From contig CAVYPY010000003.1 in the NCBI GenBank assembly GCA_963770525.1, positions 445,129 to 509,128 on the forward strand: 64,000 nt of DNA. The letters run 5' to 3'. The position numbers were made by a program, and so were the translations under genes. Shown in pieces: positions 18,757 to 28,745 of this stretch; the first letter of the stretch is position 1, and every line of letters starts with the position of its first letter. The notes under the pieces were generated by a model. That model was not told the DNA's origin. It made no database searches and saw only the letters and a program-made list of their open reading frames with translations. This DNA is from an uncultured Acidobacteriaceae bacterium (GTDB taxonomy: Bacteria > Acidobacteriota > Terriglobia > Terriglobales > Acidobacteriaceae).

Positions 18757-21700
18757 CTACTGAATCGGTTTCTCCTGCGCCGGCTGATAGTTGAAATCCC
18801 ACCGCTGATCGCGCCGACCGGACTCATACCGCGTATCCCACGTCAGCCAGTAGCGGTCGGCCGCAGCGCCCTCCGGATAATGCTCGCTCGCCGGATACGG
18901 ATACCGCGTCATCGCCTGGAACGGCATCGGCCCCACCGTAAAGGGCGAAGCCTCCCAGAAGTCCATGTCCTTCACAAAGCCGTTGGCATAGAAGAAATAA
19001 TCCCGCTTCCAGCCACGCGGCAGCGGCGGCAGAGCCCCGGCCCGGAACTCGGCATCGATCTCCTCGCCCGTCCCAAAGATCACATAGCGGTTGTCCACCC
19101 GCTCCAGCAGCGGTGTCACATCCCCGTAGCGCGTGTACACACCCCGAGCCCAGAAAAACGGCCCCGTCTGGCTGATCCGCTCGTAGTTGTACGTGAGGTC
19201 GCCCGGCGTCTTTCCCTCAATCTGCTGCGGATACCCGCGAAACGCCAGATGCGCCTCGGCCAGCGGTACCTCGATCCGCCGCACCTGGTTTACTGCTTCG
19301 GGCCCGTTGTCCACCAGCGCCTGATCCCAATAGATCTGCAGATTCGTGGTGATCCGGATCTTCCGCGCGCCCGGCGGCAGCTTGCCTGTCAGGTCCACGA
19401 CGATCGTCCGCGGAAGCCCCGCCGGGAACCCCATGTCCTGAATCACCCGTTTCCAGCGTCCATCGGGCATCTGCACGTCCAGCTGCGGCGGCATCGGATG
19501 CAGCCCCGCCTGCCAGGCCGCATGCATCGAACTCGCGCTGAAATATTCGATATATCCGTGCAGCAGCAGCCGCAGCGGATTTCCGGGCGTCCACGCACCC
19601 AAATCCAGGGTCAGCGTGTGCGGGTTCGCGAATCCGGCATAGCTGAGGTTCGTGAAGTCCCGCACGTACTGGTGGTCGATCTTAGCCAGCTGCGGACGCA
19701 CATCGCGTCCATGGTCGTCCCACGCGCCGGCTACCGGCCGCGGCGCCACCACCGCAACCGTCTTTCCCGAAGCAAACGGCCGCTCGCTCAGGAACCGCTC
19801 ATCGGGATAAACCTCCACGCCCGCCGGATGGTCGACCGCCACCAGCCGCAGCTGGTCGATGTAATTGACCTCCTCCATCGGCTCCCCAAAGCGCAGGCTC
19901 AGCAGACCATTCCGCGCGCGCAGCAGGTTGCCGTCCACCTTGATCCACTCATCCGGATCGTTCTCGTTGGTCGCTGTCGGCGAAACCCAGTGTCCGACGA
20001 CAGCCGCACCGATCACGTCCGACACAAACCGATACTCCTTTCCATCCCAGGCAAAGAGTGTCGGACACGAACTTCCCCGCCGATCCAGCTCCTTCAAGGC
20101 CAGGGTCCTGTTGGCGGCGATGTTGATCTCGTCCTGCGGAACCCCTGTCGGCCACAGCAGCCGCACCACATCCACCTTGTCTGCCGAACCGAGCCCGGCT
20201 AGAACGTCCATCGATCCCTGGCTCAGGTACCCGGATCCGCCGGCCACCTCAAACTTCTGCCAGTGTCCCCCCGCCAGCACTTCAACCTTGGTCCCGATTC
20301 CCGACTTGTTATCCGCCAGCCCCGCCAGAGCAATCCGCAGCGAATGGTTTTTGTTCCCGCCGACATTTCTCAGCACCACGGGCGCTCCGTTCAGACGGGT
20401 CACGATGAGATCCGCCGCCCCGTCACCGTCCACGTCCGCGGCAATCACCGACCGCGCGTCTTTGATCGTGACTTTGTCCAGTCCGAGGGGCGCGCTCACG
20501 TCCTCAAACCCTTGCGGCCCCAGGTTCCGGAAAACATGCAGTTCGGTCCCATGCGCCGTTTCCAGCACGGCAGCCAGATCGATCCATCCATCGTTGTCGA
20601 AGTCGATCGGCGTCACACCCCATCCGCCCGTCACTCCCGCCGGCAGCGGCAAATGGACGCGCTCAAACCGCTTTCCCTCGACGTTCTTCCACAGGGTCAG
20701 GCCCGGCGCTCCCGCATGGGTGACTGCGACATCCATCCAGCCGTCTTTGTCGAAATCGAAGACGCTCACTCCGCGCGTCGCCGGCAGGCTCGCATCCGCG
20801 TACAGCGGCATCGGCTGGAAAGCTCCCTCACGCCGGTTGAAATAGATCGTCGGCGCGCCACTGTCGCCCGTGATCAGCAGATCCACCGCGCGGTCGTTGT
20901 TGATGTCCGACAGCGTCGCCTGCACCGTTCTCCCGTGTCCGCCCAGCGCGGTTGGCCCGGTCCGCTCGGTAAACGTCGAGTTCCCGTTGTTCCGCCACAG
21001 CACGTTCGGCCCGGACTTGCCTCCCTCAGTCGCCGCTCCCGTGATCAGCAGATCCAGATCTCCGTCATGGTCGAAATCCACAAACGTCAGGCCCGCCGGC
21101 CGGTTCAGCTGCTGAATTCCCACTTTCGCCGTCACATCCTCAAACTTCCCGCCCCCGAGATTCCGATAGAGAATCACTCGGTCCCGAAGCGCCACCGCCA
21201 GATCGGGCAGGCCGTCATTGTCGAAATCCCCCACCGCGCAGGCAACGCCCACCCCGCTTGCGTCCAGACCCGTTTCGCTCGCCGGAATCGGTTCAAATGA
21301 TCCATTCTTCAGGTTCCGATACGCCTCGATGGCCTCCGGACCCTGCGTCATCACGACCAGGTCCTGCGATCCCGCACCCTCCAGATCCGCAACACACGCT
21401 CCCCCGCCCAAAGAGCCGTCTGCCGCCGCTCCAGCGTCCTGCCGGTAATGCGACGGCGCAAACTGCATCACCCGCTGTGGCTCGAAGTGCACCGGGATCA
21501 TCGCGCCCACCGGCGCCTCCGGCAGTTCCATCTCTTCCATCGTCGAATAGTGGCCGCGCTCTCCGTAGCCAACGCTCAGCGGCGAAGCGATCTTCGCCTG
21601 CGTCAGGTGCTGAAAAATCTTCAGGTGCTCGTGCGCCTCCTGCGTCCGCCCTACCCGCTGCAGAGCTCGCGCCAGCCCAAACTGCGCCGAGCAATGAATG

Positions 21701-22221
21701 GGATTCATCTCCAGCGCCTTCTCGAACTCGGCAATCGCGTCGTTGAAGTTCCCCACCGTCAGGTCCAGCTGTGCCACGAAATAATGCGCATCGGCGTCCT
21801 GCGGATCGATCGCCAGAACCCTCCGCATGTCCTCGATCGCCCCCTTCTGATTCGCCTCGTCCATCTGCGTCAGGCCCAGGTTGTACCAGACCCGCGGATT
21901 ATCGGGCGCCATCCGCGCTGCCTGCTGCAGTTCCTGCTCCGCCTCCGGCAGCTTTTCCAGGTACAGCAGCGCAATGCCCCGGTTCAGCACCGGAATCGCC
22001 GACTGCGGATCCGCCTTCTCTGCCTCGGCGAACTGCGCCGCCGCCTTTTCTGTCAGCTGCTGATTCATCAGCGCCACGCCGATGCTGTTCAGCCGCGCCG
22101 CCTCGGTTGCATCGTTCGGCTCCGCGGAAGGACGAGCCGTGAGCGCGGTCATTCCCCCGATCAGAACGACCGCGGGCACAAAAAAGCTCACAAACTGGAG
22201 AGGAGTTTTCCTGGATGGCAT
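18757..22221 (-). CDS. CRTAC1-family protein: TPR repeats + FG-GAP/VCBS repeats + ASPIC/UnbV domain
   Basis: N-terminal signal and TPR repeats. Repeated DxDxDGxxD FG-GAP motifs (DFDNDGLPDL, DFDHDGDLDL, DFDKDGWMDV, DVDGDGAADL). UnbV-like region GSGYLSQGS. The ATG at 22221 is preferred, because 22222-22296 is repeat DNA. Confidence 0.8.
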   Translation of the reverse strand: MPSRKTPLQFVSFFVPAVVLIGGMTALTARPSAEPNDATEAARLNSIGVALMNQQLTEKAAAQFAEAEKADPQSAIPVLNRGIALLYLEKLPEAEQELQQAARMAPDNPRVWYNLGLTQMDEANQKGAIEDMRRVLAIDPQDADAHYFVAQLDLTVGNFNDAIAEFEKALEMNPIHCSAQFGLARALQRVGRTQEAHEHLKIFQHLTQAKIASPLSVGYGERGHYSTMEEMELPEAPVGAMIPVHFEPQRVMQFAPSHYRQDAGAAADGSLGGGACVADLEGAGSQDLVVMTQGPEAIEAYRNLKNGSFEPIPASETGLDASGVGVACAVGDFDNDGLPDLAVALRDRVILYRNLGGGKFEDVTAKVGIQQLNRPAGLTFVDFDHDGDLDLLITGAATEGGKSGPNVLWRNNGNSTFTERTGPTALGGHGRTVQATLSDINNDRAVDLLITGDSGAPTIYFNRREGAFQPMPLYADASLPATRGVSVFDFDKDGWMDVAVTHAGAPGLTLWKNVEGKRFERVHLPLPAGVTGGWGVTPIDFDNDGWIDLAAVLETAHGTELHVFRNLGPQGFEDVSAPLGLDKVTIKDARSVIAADVDGDGAADLIVTRLNGAPVVLRNVGGNKNHSLRIALAGLADNKSGIGTKVEVLAGGHWQKFEVAGGSGYLSQGSMDVLAGLGSADKVDVVRLLWPTGVPQDEINIAANRTLALKELDRRGSSCPTLFAWDGKEYRFVSDVIGAAVVGHWVSPTATNENDPDEWIKVDGNLLRARNGLLSLRFGEPMEEVNYIDQLRLVAVDHPAGVEVYPDERFLSERPFASGKTVAVVAPRPVAGAWDDHGRDVRPQLAKIDHQYVRDFTNLSYAGFANPHTLTLDLGAWTPGNPLRLLLHGYIEYFSASSMHAAWQAGLHPMPPQLDVQMPDGRWKRVIQDMGFPAGLPRTIVVDLTGKLPPGARKIRITTNLQIYWDQALVDNGPEAVNQVRRIEVPLAEAHLAFRGYPQQIEGKTPGDLTYNYERISQTGPFFWARGVYTRYGDVTPLLERVDNRYVIFGTGEEIDAEFRAGALPPLPRGWKRDYFFYANGFVKDMDFWEASPFTVGPMPFQAMTRYPYPASEHYPEGAAADRYWLTWDTRYESGRRDQRWDFNYQPAQEKPIQ

Positions 22222-22276
22222 GATTCGCCGTCCATTATAGGGATCAGCGCAGACGTCTCGCCAAATAAACGGCGCT

Positions 22277-22423
22277 AACCGTCGGAGCCTGCACACATCT
22301 TAAACGCGCAAACGCGCGCGACCAGCCCCGTTCCTGCATTCAAAGGGCGCGTAGCGCCGCCCGCCTGGACGGCCAGTCCCGCGAACCGTTGGAGCCTGCA
22401 CAGATCCTAAGCGCGCAAGCGCG
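22277..22423. repeat. Two direct copies of a roughly 40-bp intergenic element (22277-22318 and 22384-22423), with a copy of the CGCCTGGACGGCCAGTCC element (22362-22379) between them
   Basis: AACCGTCGGAGCCTGCACACATCTTAAACGCGCAAACGCGCG versus AACCGTTGGAGCCTGCACAGATCCTAAGCGCGCAAGCGCG, aligned by eye. Confidence 0.7.
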
Positions 22424-22436
22424 TACGCCCGGGTGG

Positions 22437-23483
22437 CTAACCGCCGATGTGGACCATGCTCCGCGATGGCTTCAGAAAGTCCGGCTCCCCGATATGGTGC
22501 CGCGCTTCTTTCTGATCCACGGTCCTGCGGATGAACGCAATCATCTCGTCATCGCTGCCGCCTCGCTGCATCACTCCGTACAGGTCATGATCCGATTGCG
22601 AAAACAGGCAGGTTCGGATCTTCCCGTCCGACGTCAGCCGGACACGGCTGCAGGCCCCGCAGAATGCCTGGGTTACCGGGGCGATGATGCCCATCTCGCC
22701 GACCCCGTCGTCGAAGGTGTACCGCACCGCCGTCTCGCTGGCCACGTTCGGCGTCAGACGGCGCACCGGCCGGAAGCTCTCCAGCGCCGACACGATCTCC
22801 TTCAGCGACACCACCGACTCCGGCGTCCACAACCGGTCCTCTTCGAGGGGCATAAATTCGATGAACCGCACGATCACATCCTCATCCCGGGAAAACCGCG
22901 CGAACGGCACAATCTGATCTTCATTGAAGCCGCGCAGCAGCACGCAGTTCACCTTCACCGGAGCCAGCCCGGCGCGCTTCGCTGCCCGAATCCCGGCCAG
23001 CACCCGCTCATAACTCCCCGGCACCCGCGTAATGCGTGCAAACTTCTCCGCATCCACGGCGTCCATGCTCACGGTGATCCGGCTCAAGCCTGCCTCGCGC
23101 AGCGGCTTCGCCATCTCTTCCAGCAGGTGCCCGTTCGTCGTAATCGCCAGATCCAGCGGCTCTCCATCCAGCGTCTTCAGCCGGCTCAGCTCTCGCAGCA
23201 GATCGAGAAGGCCGCGGCGCAGCAGCGGTTCTCCACCCGTCAGCCGGATCTTTTCGATCCCCAGCGAAACAAACACCCGCGCGATCCGCAGGTAATGCTC
23301 GATCGGCAACTCCGCGTAGATGGCGCCTTCGTTGCCTGTCCGGCAATAGACGCACTTGTAGTTGCACCGGTCTGTAATCGAGATGCGCAGGTCGGTGATC
23401 GCCCGCCCGTGCTTGTCCCGCAGCCGCTCGGACACGTCTCCCGCGGACGGGAAATTCGGGGGTGGGGCCAAGGCGATCGCCAT
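22437..23483 (-). CDS. moaA: GTP 3',8-cyclase (molybdenum cofactor biosynthesis protein A)
   Basis: Radical-SAM motif CNYKCVYC. C-terminal CGACSRVRLTSDGKIRTCLF cluster motif. Confidence 0.95.
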   Translation of the reverse strand: MAIALAPPPNFPSAGDVSERLRDKHGRAITDLRISITDRCNYKCVYCRTGNEGAIYAELPIEHYLRIARVFVSLGIEKIRLTGGEPLLRRGLLDLLRELSRLKTLDGEPLDLAITTNGHLLEEMAKPLREAGLSRITVSMDAVDAEKFARITRVPGSYERVLAGIRAAKRAGLAPVKVNCVLLRGFNEDQIVPFARFSRDEDVIVRFIEFMPLEEDRLWTPESVVSLKEIVSALESFRPVRRLTPNVASETAVRYTFDDGVGEMGIIAPVTQAFCGACSRVRLTSDGKIRTCLFSQSDHDLYGVMQRGGSDDEMIAFIRRTVDQKEARHHIGEPDFLKPSRSMVHIGG

Positions 23484-23524
23484 GAGCTAATACTTTACTT
23501 GGATGCGCGCCGCCCACGCCAGTT

Positions 23525-23716
23525 TCAACCCGCGGCTATCCGCGTAACATGTTCGGACGGCCTACGCCTCCAGCGATGAAAGCGCCGGTTGCAGTTCAGG
23601 CAGCGCCAGGTCTTCATTCCCACCATCCAAAATACCCAGTCATTGGCACGATGGTGGGAGCGGCGAATCGCATTCGCCTCTCCGCAACCCGGGCAGCGAA
23701 ACAGTTTGCTGGTCAT
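23525..23716 (-). CDS. Hypothetical small zinc-ribbon protein
   Basis: 63 aa with CPGC...CLNC (two CxxC pairs). Basic C-terminus. No clear Shine-Dalgarno sequence. Confidence 0.4.
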   Translation of the reverse strand: MTSKLFRCPGCGEANAIRRSHHRANDWVFWMVGMKTWRCLNCNRRFHRWRRRPSEHVTRIAAG

Positions 23717-23862
23717 CGGAACTCACTTGTCGTTCCCCATCCTGTGACCCGATGGTCCGTCATGTTATGTCGCGGGGAATCTGTGTCCCCTTTGACACCG
23801 GCCGTGCCTCGGAAGTTGCCCAGTCACCCCTCCGCGATCATTCCGGATTGGATTCACAGCAC

Positions 23863-25662
23863 TTACATCCCGTCGTAGTTCGGACCGCCTCCGCCCTCCG
23901 GGGGCACCCAGTTGATGATCTGGTAGGGATCCATGATGTCGCAGGTCTTGCAGTGCACACAGTTGGTGAAGTTGATCTTCAGCTCTTTCTTCGCCCCTTG
24001 TGCGGCTTCGTGTCCGACGCCGTCCGACGCGTGTCTGACATTGTCCGACGCCCCCGATGCCATGTCCGGCACGTCCACCATCTCGTACACCGCCGCCGGG
24101 CAGAAGTACTGGCAGGGATTGCCATACTCCTGCGTGCACCGGTCGCTGCAGAGGTTCAGATCCTTCACCACCAGGTGCACCGGCTGGTCCTCGTCGTGCC
24201 GCGTGCCGGAATGAAACACATCCGTCAGCCGGTCGAAGGTCAGCTTCCCGTCCCCGCGGGCGTTGCCGACCATCGGCCCCCGGTTCAGGTCCGGAGGCCC
24301 CAGCTCGTCCACGCGAGCCATTTGCCGGTAATCCGCTACACTCTCCGCGTCCGGACCCAGGCGCGCTCCAAACATCACCTGCTGGACCGCCGCGCTGGCC
24401 AGGCCCTCCAGCAAACCATGCTCAAATCCCTGATGGAAATTCCGCACCCGCCACATCTCATCGCGGATCCAGCTCGCGTCCACCAGCGCCTTATACTGCC
24501 GCAACGTCTTTTCCGAGCTGTCCCCGGTCAGCAGCGCGTCGAAAACCGCCTCCGCCGCCAGCATGCCGCTCTTGATCGCCAGATGAATCCCCTTCAGCCT
24601 CTGCGAATTCAGGAAGCTCGCCGAATCCCCAAGCAGCACCCAGCCATTCCCGTAAATCTGCGGCATCGTCAGCCATCCGCCATAGGGCAGGCTCTTCGCG
24701 CCATAGCGGATCATCTTCCCGCCTTCCAGAATCCGCCGCGCCCAGGGATGCTCCTTAAAGCTCTGGAACACATGGTGCGGGTCCGTCCGCGGATCCTCGT
24801 AGTCCAGCCCCGTCACATACCCAATAGAAATCAGCGTGTCGCTGATCCCGTAAATCCACGCGCCGCCGTACTCCCGGGTCGTCAGCGGATATCCCAGCGT
24901 GTACCGCACCTCGCCTTTCGCGATCCGCCCCGCGGGAATCTCCCACAGCTCCTTGACCCCCAACCCGTAGGTCTGCGCATGCTCCGGATCCTCGAGGCCC
25001 AGCCGCCCAATCAGCTCCTTCGCACAGTTCCCACGCGTGCCCTCGGCCAGCACCGTCACCTTCGCCCGCAGATCGTACCCCGGTTCAAAATTCCCTTTCG
25101 GATGCCCTTCCTTATCCACGCCCTTGTCATCCGTCTGGACGCCCGCCACGCGTGCATCCTCGCCCCACAGCAGCTGCGACCCCGCGAACCCCGTGAAGAT
25201 GGTGATGCCGGCTTCTTCAACCTTCTGCCCCATCCACTTCACGAACTTGTTCAGCGAGATGATGTAGTTCCCGTGATCCCGCAGCGGAGGCGGCACAATC
25301 GGAAATTTCCTCTGCCCCGTCGGCGTCAGGTACCACAACGACTCCTTCGTCACCTCGGCGTCCAGCGGCGCTTCCTTCTCAAACCCCGGCAGCAGCTCCC
25401 GCATCGATTCCGGATCGAGCAGCGCCCCGGACAGGCAGTGCTGACCCACCTCCCGCGCCTTCTCCAGCACGTAAATGTTCTCTTTGGTCAGCGGCGAATC
25501 CGGATGTTCCGCCTTGTGCGCATCGATCAGCTGCGCCAGTCGCAAAGCGCACGCCATCCCCGCCGGGCCGCCGCCGACGATCACCACGTCCGCCTCCATC
25601 TGCGGCCGCTCCACACCTTCTACTGGTTTTCGAAAGACAATCATGGGTTCCGGGGTCAGCAA
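23863..25662 (-). CDS. Electron-transfer flavoprotein:ubiquinone oxidoreductase (ETF-QO)
   Basis: FAD motif VVIVGGGPAGMACA. C-terminal CVHCKTCDIMDP...PEGGGGPNY 4Fe-4S/ETF-QO signature. Confidence 0.9.
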   Translation of the reverse strand: MLTPEPMIVFRKPVEGVERPQMEADVVIVGGGPAGMACALRLAQLIDAHKAEHPDSPLTKENIYVLEKAREVGQHCLSGALLDPESMRELLPGFEKEAPLDAEVTKESLWYLTPTGQRKFPIVPPPLRDHGNYIISLNKFVKWMGQKVEEAGITIFTGFAGSQLLWGEDARVAGVQTDDKGVDKEGHPKGNFEPGYDLRAKVTVLAEGTRGNCAKELIGRLGLEDPEHAQTYGLGVKELWEIPAGRIAKGEVRYTLGYPLTTREYGGAWIYGISDTLISIGYVTGLDYEDPRTDPHHVFQSFKEHPWARRILEGGKMIRYGAKSLPYGGWLTMPQIYGNGWVLLGDSASFLNSQRLKGIHLAIKSGMLAAEAVFDALLTGDSSEKTLRQYKALVDASWIRDEMWRVRNFHQGFEHGLLEGLASAAVQQVMFGARLGPDAESVADYRQMARVDELGPPDLNRGPMVGNARGDGKLTFDRLTDVFHSGTRHDEDQPVHLVVKDLNLCSDRCTQEYGNPCQYFCPAAVYEMVDVPDMASGASDNVRHASDGVGHEAAQGAKKELKINFTNCVHCKTCDIMDPYQIINWVPPEGGGGPNYDGM

Positions 25663-25743
25663 CGACCGACCATCTTACCAGTGAGAGGATGCGCCCGTTG
25701 CGCTCGCCCCCGCCGATTCCGCTATTTGTATAACCGATTCAGA

Positions 25744-27129
25744 TCAGTCTCCGGTATCCGATGCCGCAGCCACCTCGCGCAGAGGGATCGCCGCCTTACG
25801 CGTTCCATACCGATGCACCATCGTGATCAGCACTGCCGCCACCAGAGTCGGGAACGCCAGCGTGACCAGGCCTCTCTGATAGCCGCCCATCCAGCCTGCC
25901 GAGAGCCCCATCCAGTACGGCCCCACGAAACCGCCCAGAATCGCGATCGAATTCACTGTGGCGATCCCGGCAGCGGCTGACCGGCCCCGCAGAAAGCTCG
26001 TGGGGATCGTCCACAGCGGCCCCTGAAAGGCATTGAACCCCATCATCACCACGACCAGAGCCGCAATCACCACCCCCGCCCGGCTCGACAGCGCGGCCGC
26101 AACAAAAGCAGGCGCCATCACCACGACCGGCAGGAGAATGTGCCAGTAGCGTTCGCCGTTCCGGTCGGAATGCCAGCCGTTCAGCAGCATCGCCGCGGCG
26201 CCCAGAAGCCCAAGACACGCAATGATCATGCCCACGCCGGTGGCGTGCAGTCCCGTTACGTCGCGGACCAGGGACGGCGCGATGAAGGTGTAACCATAGG
26301 TGCCAACGTAGAGACAAAACAAAAACATCCCCACCAGCCAGACCCGCGGATCGCGAAAGGCTCCCGTAGTGCTGTGCGTCTGCTCTTCGTCCCGCACGCC
26401 CTGCTCTCCCAGCTCGCGCTGAATCCAGCTGCGTTCGGCCTCCGTCAGCCAGGCCGCCTGCCTCGGACCGTCAGGCAGCGCCGCCAGAAACACCACGCTC
26501 ATCAGCACCGCGGGCAGACCTTCCATCAGCAGCAGCCACTGCCATCCCGCCAGATGACCTCGGCCATTCAGGTGCAGCAGACCGCCCGCCAGCCCTCCCA
26601 TCACTGTGGAGGCGAGCGGAAACGCAATATAGAACCGGCTGACAGCTTTCGCCCGTTCCCTGGCGGGAAACCATCGGGACAAATAAAAGATGATCCCCGG
26701 GAAAAACCCCGCCTCCGCGGCGCCCAGCAGCAGCCGTCCCGTGTAAAACTCCAGCGGAGTCCGCACGAAGATCATCCCCATCGACAGCAGACCCCAGGTG
26801 AACATGATCCGCGCCAGCCACCGTTTCGCGCCGAACCTCAACAGCATCAGGTTCGACGGAATTTCCAGCGCCGCATAGGGAAGAAAGAACAGCCCCGCGC
26901 CCAAACCAAACACCGCGGCAGAAAAATGCAGCTGCTGGTTCATCTGGAGCGCGGCAAAGCTCACATTCACGCGATCCATATAGGCGATCCCGTAGCCGAC
27001 GCCGATCAGCGGCAACAGCCGTACGCTCGCCTTGCGCAGCGCCGAGCGTCCAATCGCCTCGTCGCCGCGCGGAGGCACCACCGCCAGCCCGTTTCGATCG
27101 GGTTGCTCCACTGCCTGGTTTGTCTGCAT
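25744..27129 (-). CDS. MFS transporter, anion:cation symporter (ACS)-like
   Basis: 12-TMS ORF with YMDRVNVSFAAL...FFLPYAALEIPSNLMLLRFGAKRW. The ATG at 27129 (MQTNQ) is the likely start. Confidence 0.8.
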   Translation of the reverse strand: MQTNQAVEQPDRNGLAVVPPRGDEAIGRSALRKASVRLLPLIGVGYGIAYMDRVNVSFAALQMNQQLHFSAAVFGLGAGLFFLPYAALEIPSNLMLLRFGAKRWLARIMFTWGLLSMGMIFVRTPLEFYTGRLLLGAAEAGFFPGIIFYLSRWFPARERAKAVSRFYIAFPLASTVMGGLAGGLLHLNGRGHLAGWQWLLLMEGLPAVLMSVVFLAALPDGPRQAAWLTEAERSWIQRELGEQGVRDEEQTHSTTGAFRDPRVWLVGMFLFCLYVGTYGYTFIAPSLVRDVTGLHATGVGMIIACLGLLGAAAMLLNGWHSDRNGERYWHILLPVVVMAPAFVAAALSSRAGVVIAALVVVMMGFNAFQGPLWTIPTSFLRGRSAAAGIATVNSIAILGGFVGPYWMGLSAGWMGGYQRGLVTLAFPTLVAAVLITMVHRYGTRKAAIPLREVAAASDTGD

Positions 27130-27206
27130 GGGGAGCGAATGAGTTGGCCGAGTATAGCACCGGCCACGCGGGCTCGCTGACCGCGTCATCCGCGAACCGA
27201 AACTGA

Positions 27207-27266
27207 GCTGACCGGCCCTTAGCTGACCGGTTTTGAGCTGACCGGTTCTGAGCTAACCGCTCCTCA
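27207..27266. repeat. 15-bp tandem repeat x4 (GCTGACCGGYYYTRA)
   Basis: The four units are GCTGACCGGCCCTTA, GCTGACCGGTTTTGA, GCTGACCGGTTCTGA and GCTAACCGCTCCTCA. The last unit contains the etfA stop codon. Confidence 0.85.
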
Positions 27267-28250
27267 GCTGCTTTTCGCCTTCTTCACTTCTTCCGTCAGC
27301 GCCGGCACGATCTGGAAAAGATCCCCCACCACCGCGACATCGGCAATCTCAAAAATCGGCGCCTCCGGATCCTTATTGATCGCAACAATCGTCCGCGCGC
27401 CCTTCATCCCCACAATGTGCTGGATCGCACCGCTCACGCCCAGCCCGATATACAGCTTCGGCGCTACCGTCTGCCCCGACGACCCAATCTGCCGCTCCAG
27501 AGGCAGCCATCCGTTGTCGCAGATCGGCCGCGACGCCCCGACCTCGCCGCCCAGCGCCGCCGCGAGATTCTCGACCAGCGCCATGTTCTTCTGCTCTTTG
27601 ATCCCGCGCCCGACGGCGACGATCACCTCCGCTTGCGACAGGTCCACCGTCTGCTTCGCCTCCTGGAAGACCTCATGCGGTGTCACCCGCGGCGCGCTCG
27701 CAGCGACCGCCGCCGCTACGGTCTCCACCGCCGCCGATCCACCCTCTGCCTGATCCCCGCGAAACGCCCCGATCTGAATCGTCGCCATCCACGGCGCGTC
27801 TCCGCCAAACGACACGTCTGCGGCAAATTTCCCCTGGAACATCTGCCGCGTGAACAGCAGCTTTCCTCCCTCGTACTTGTAGCCGGTCGAGTCGGAAATC
27901 AGCGTCCGGTCCAGAGCCAGTGCCAGCCGCGGCGCAAAATCCCGCACCTGATACGTGTGCGGAAACAGCACCAGCTTCGGCTGCTTCTCAGCAATGAATG
28001 CCTTCAGCGCATAAACGTACGCATCGGAGGTGTACTTCGCCAGCGAATCAGCCTCCAGAGCCACGACCTTCGCCACAGCTTTTGCTGCCAGTTCCTGTGC
28101 CAGCGCCGCCACGTCATGGCCCGCCAGCACCACTTCGGCGCTCCAACCCGTCTGCTTAGCGATCGCCTGCGCCGCCGCAATCGTCTCGAAGGAAACCCGA
28201 TTCAGTTTTCCTTCCCGCTGCTCCGCCACCACCAGAATCAAATCGGCCAT
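27264..28250 (-). CDS. etfA: Electron transfer flavoprotein alpha subunit
   Basis: Begins MADLILVVAEQREGKL. C-terminal FAD-binding region reads LYIGLGVSGAIQHIVGMKGARTIVAINKDPEAPIF. The track start is 28277. Confidence 0.9.
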   Translation of the reverse strand: MADLILVVAEQREGKLNRVSFETIAAAQAIAKQTGWSAEVVLAGHDVAALAQELAAKAVAKVVALEADSLAKYTSDAYVYALKAFIAEKQPKLVLFPHTYQVRDFAPRLALALDRTLISDSTGYKYEGGKLLFTRQMFQGKFAADVSFGGDAPWMATIQIGAFRGDQAEGGSAAVETVAAAVAASAPRVTPHEVFQEAKQTVDLSQAEVIVAVGRGIKEQKNMALVENLAAALGGEVGASRPICDNGWLPLERQIGSSGQTVAPKLYIGLGVSGAIQHIVGMKGARTIVAINKDPEAPIFEIADVAVVGDLFQIVPALTEEVKKAKSS

Positions 28251-28346
28251 AACACGCCTTGTCTCAGTCATCCGCACCGTGGGCGCTCAGGAAAAAGCGC
28301 GGCCCTGGAGCCGCGCCTAAACCCTAATCCCCTAATCCCTGCTTCT

Positions 28347-28625
28347 CTAGTATTCGTGGACCCGTCCGCGCCGCAGATACGTGCCATAGATCCCAAAGAT
28401 CACCGCCAGCACGCCCGCCAGCACGTTGTAGTAGAACATCGGATGAATCCAGCCCGGATCGTATTGCAGGTCCTGCCCCGTCCACAACAGCAGCAGCACC
28501 GCGAAGAACGCGCACTGCCCCGAGACCACCTGAAACATCAGCCCCCGCTGCCGCCGCTTCTCCAGCGCGCCCACCTGCGCCGGCGTCAGATTGCGTTCGC
28601 TCTCGGGGATCGTCATGTTCGGCAT
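28347..28625 (-). CDS. Hypothetical two-helix membrane protein lying between etfB and etfA
   Basis: 92-aa ORF with two hydrophobic segments (CAFFAVLLLLW, VLAGVLAVIFGIYG). Same strand as etfBA. Confidence 0.45.
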   Translation of the reverse strand: MPNMTIPESERNLTPAQVGALEKRRQRGLMFQVVSGQCAFFAVLLLLWTGQDLQYDPGWIHPMFYYNVLAGVLAVIFGIYGTYLRRGRVHEY

Positions 28626-28745
28626 CGTCTGTCCTTCTCCTTCGTCGTGTTGCGCACCATTATATCCGGGGATCGCGGTGATTTTCCCTCTCGTCAGGGC
28701 CTCTGCGTTTCTAAAATCTAATCCCTAAACTCTAAACTCCGCCTC

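Noticed and set aside
23717-23862. Possible Moco riboswitch upstream of the zinc-ribbon ORF and moaA. The reverse strand contains CUUCCGAGGCACGGCC and CAAAGGGGAC.
   Set aside because: The only resemblance is a loose, from-memory match to the CCUCCGAG / GGAAAGG blocks of the Moco motif, and I could not build the expected stems by eye. It needs cmsearch with Rfam RF01055 before any claim.
23752-25980. 742-aa + strand ORF.
   Set aside because: It is antisense to ETF-QO. Its extreme Arg/Pro/His/Gln content points to an artefact.
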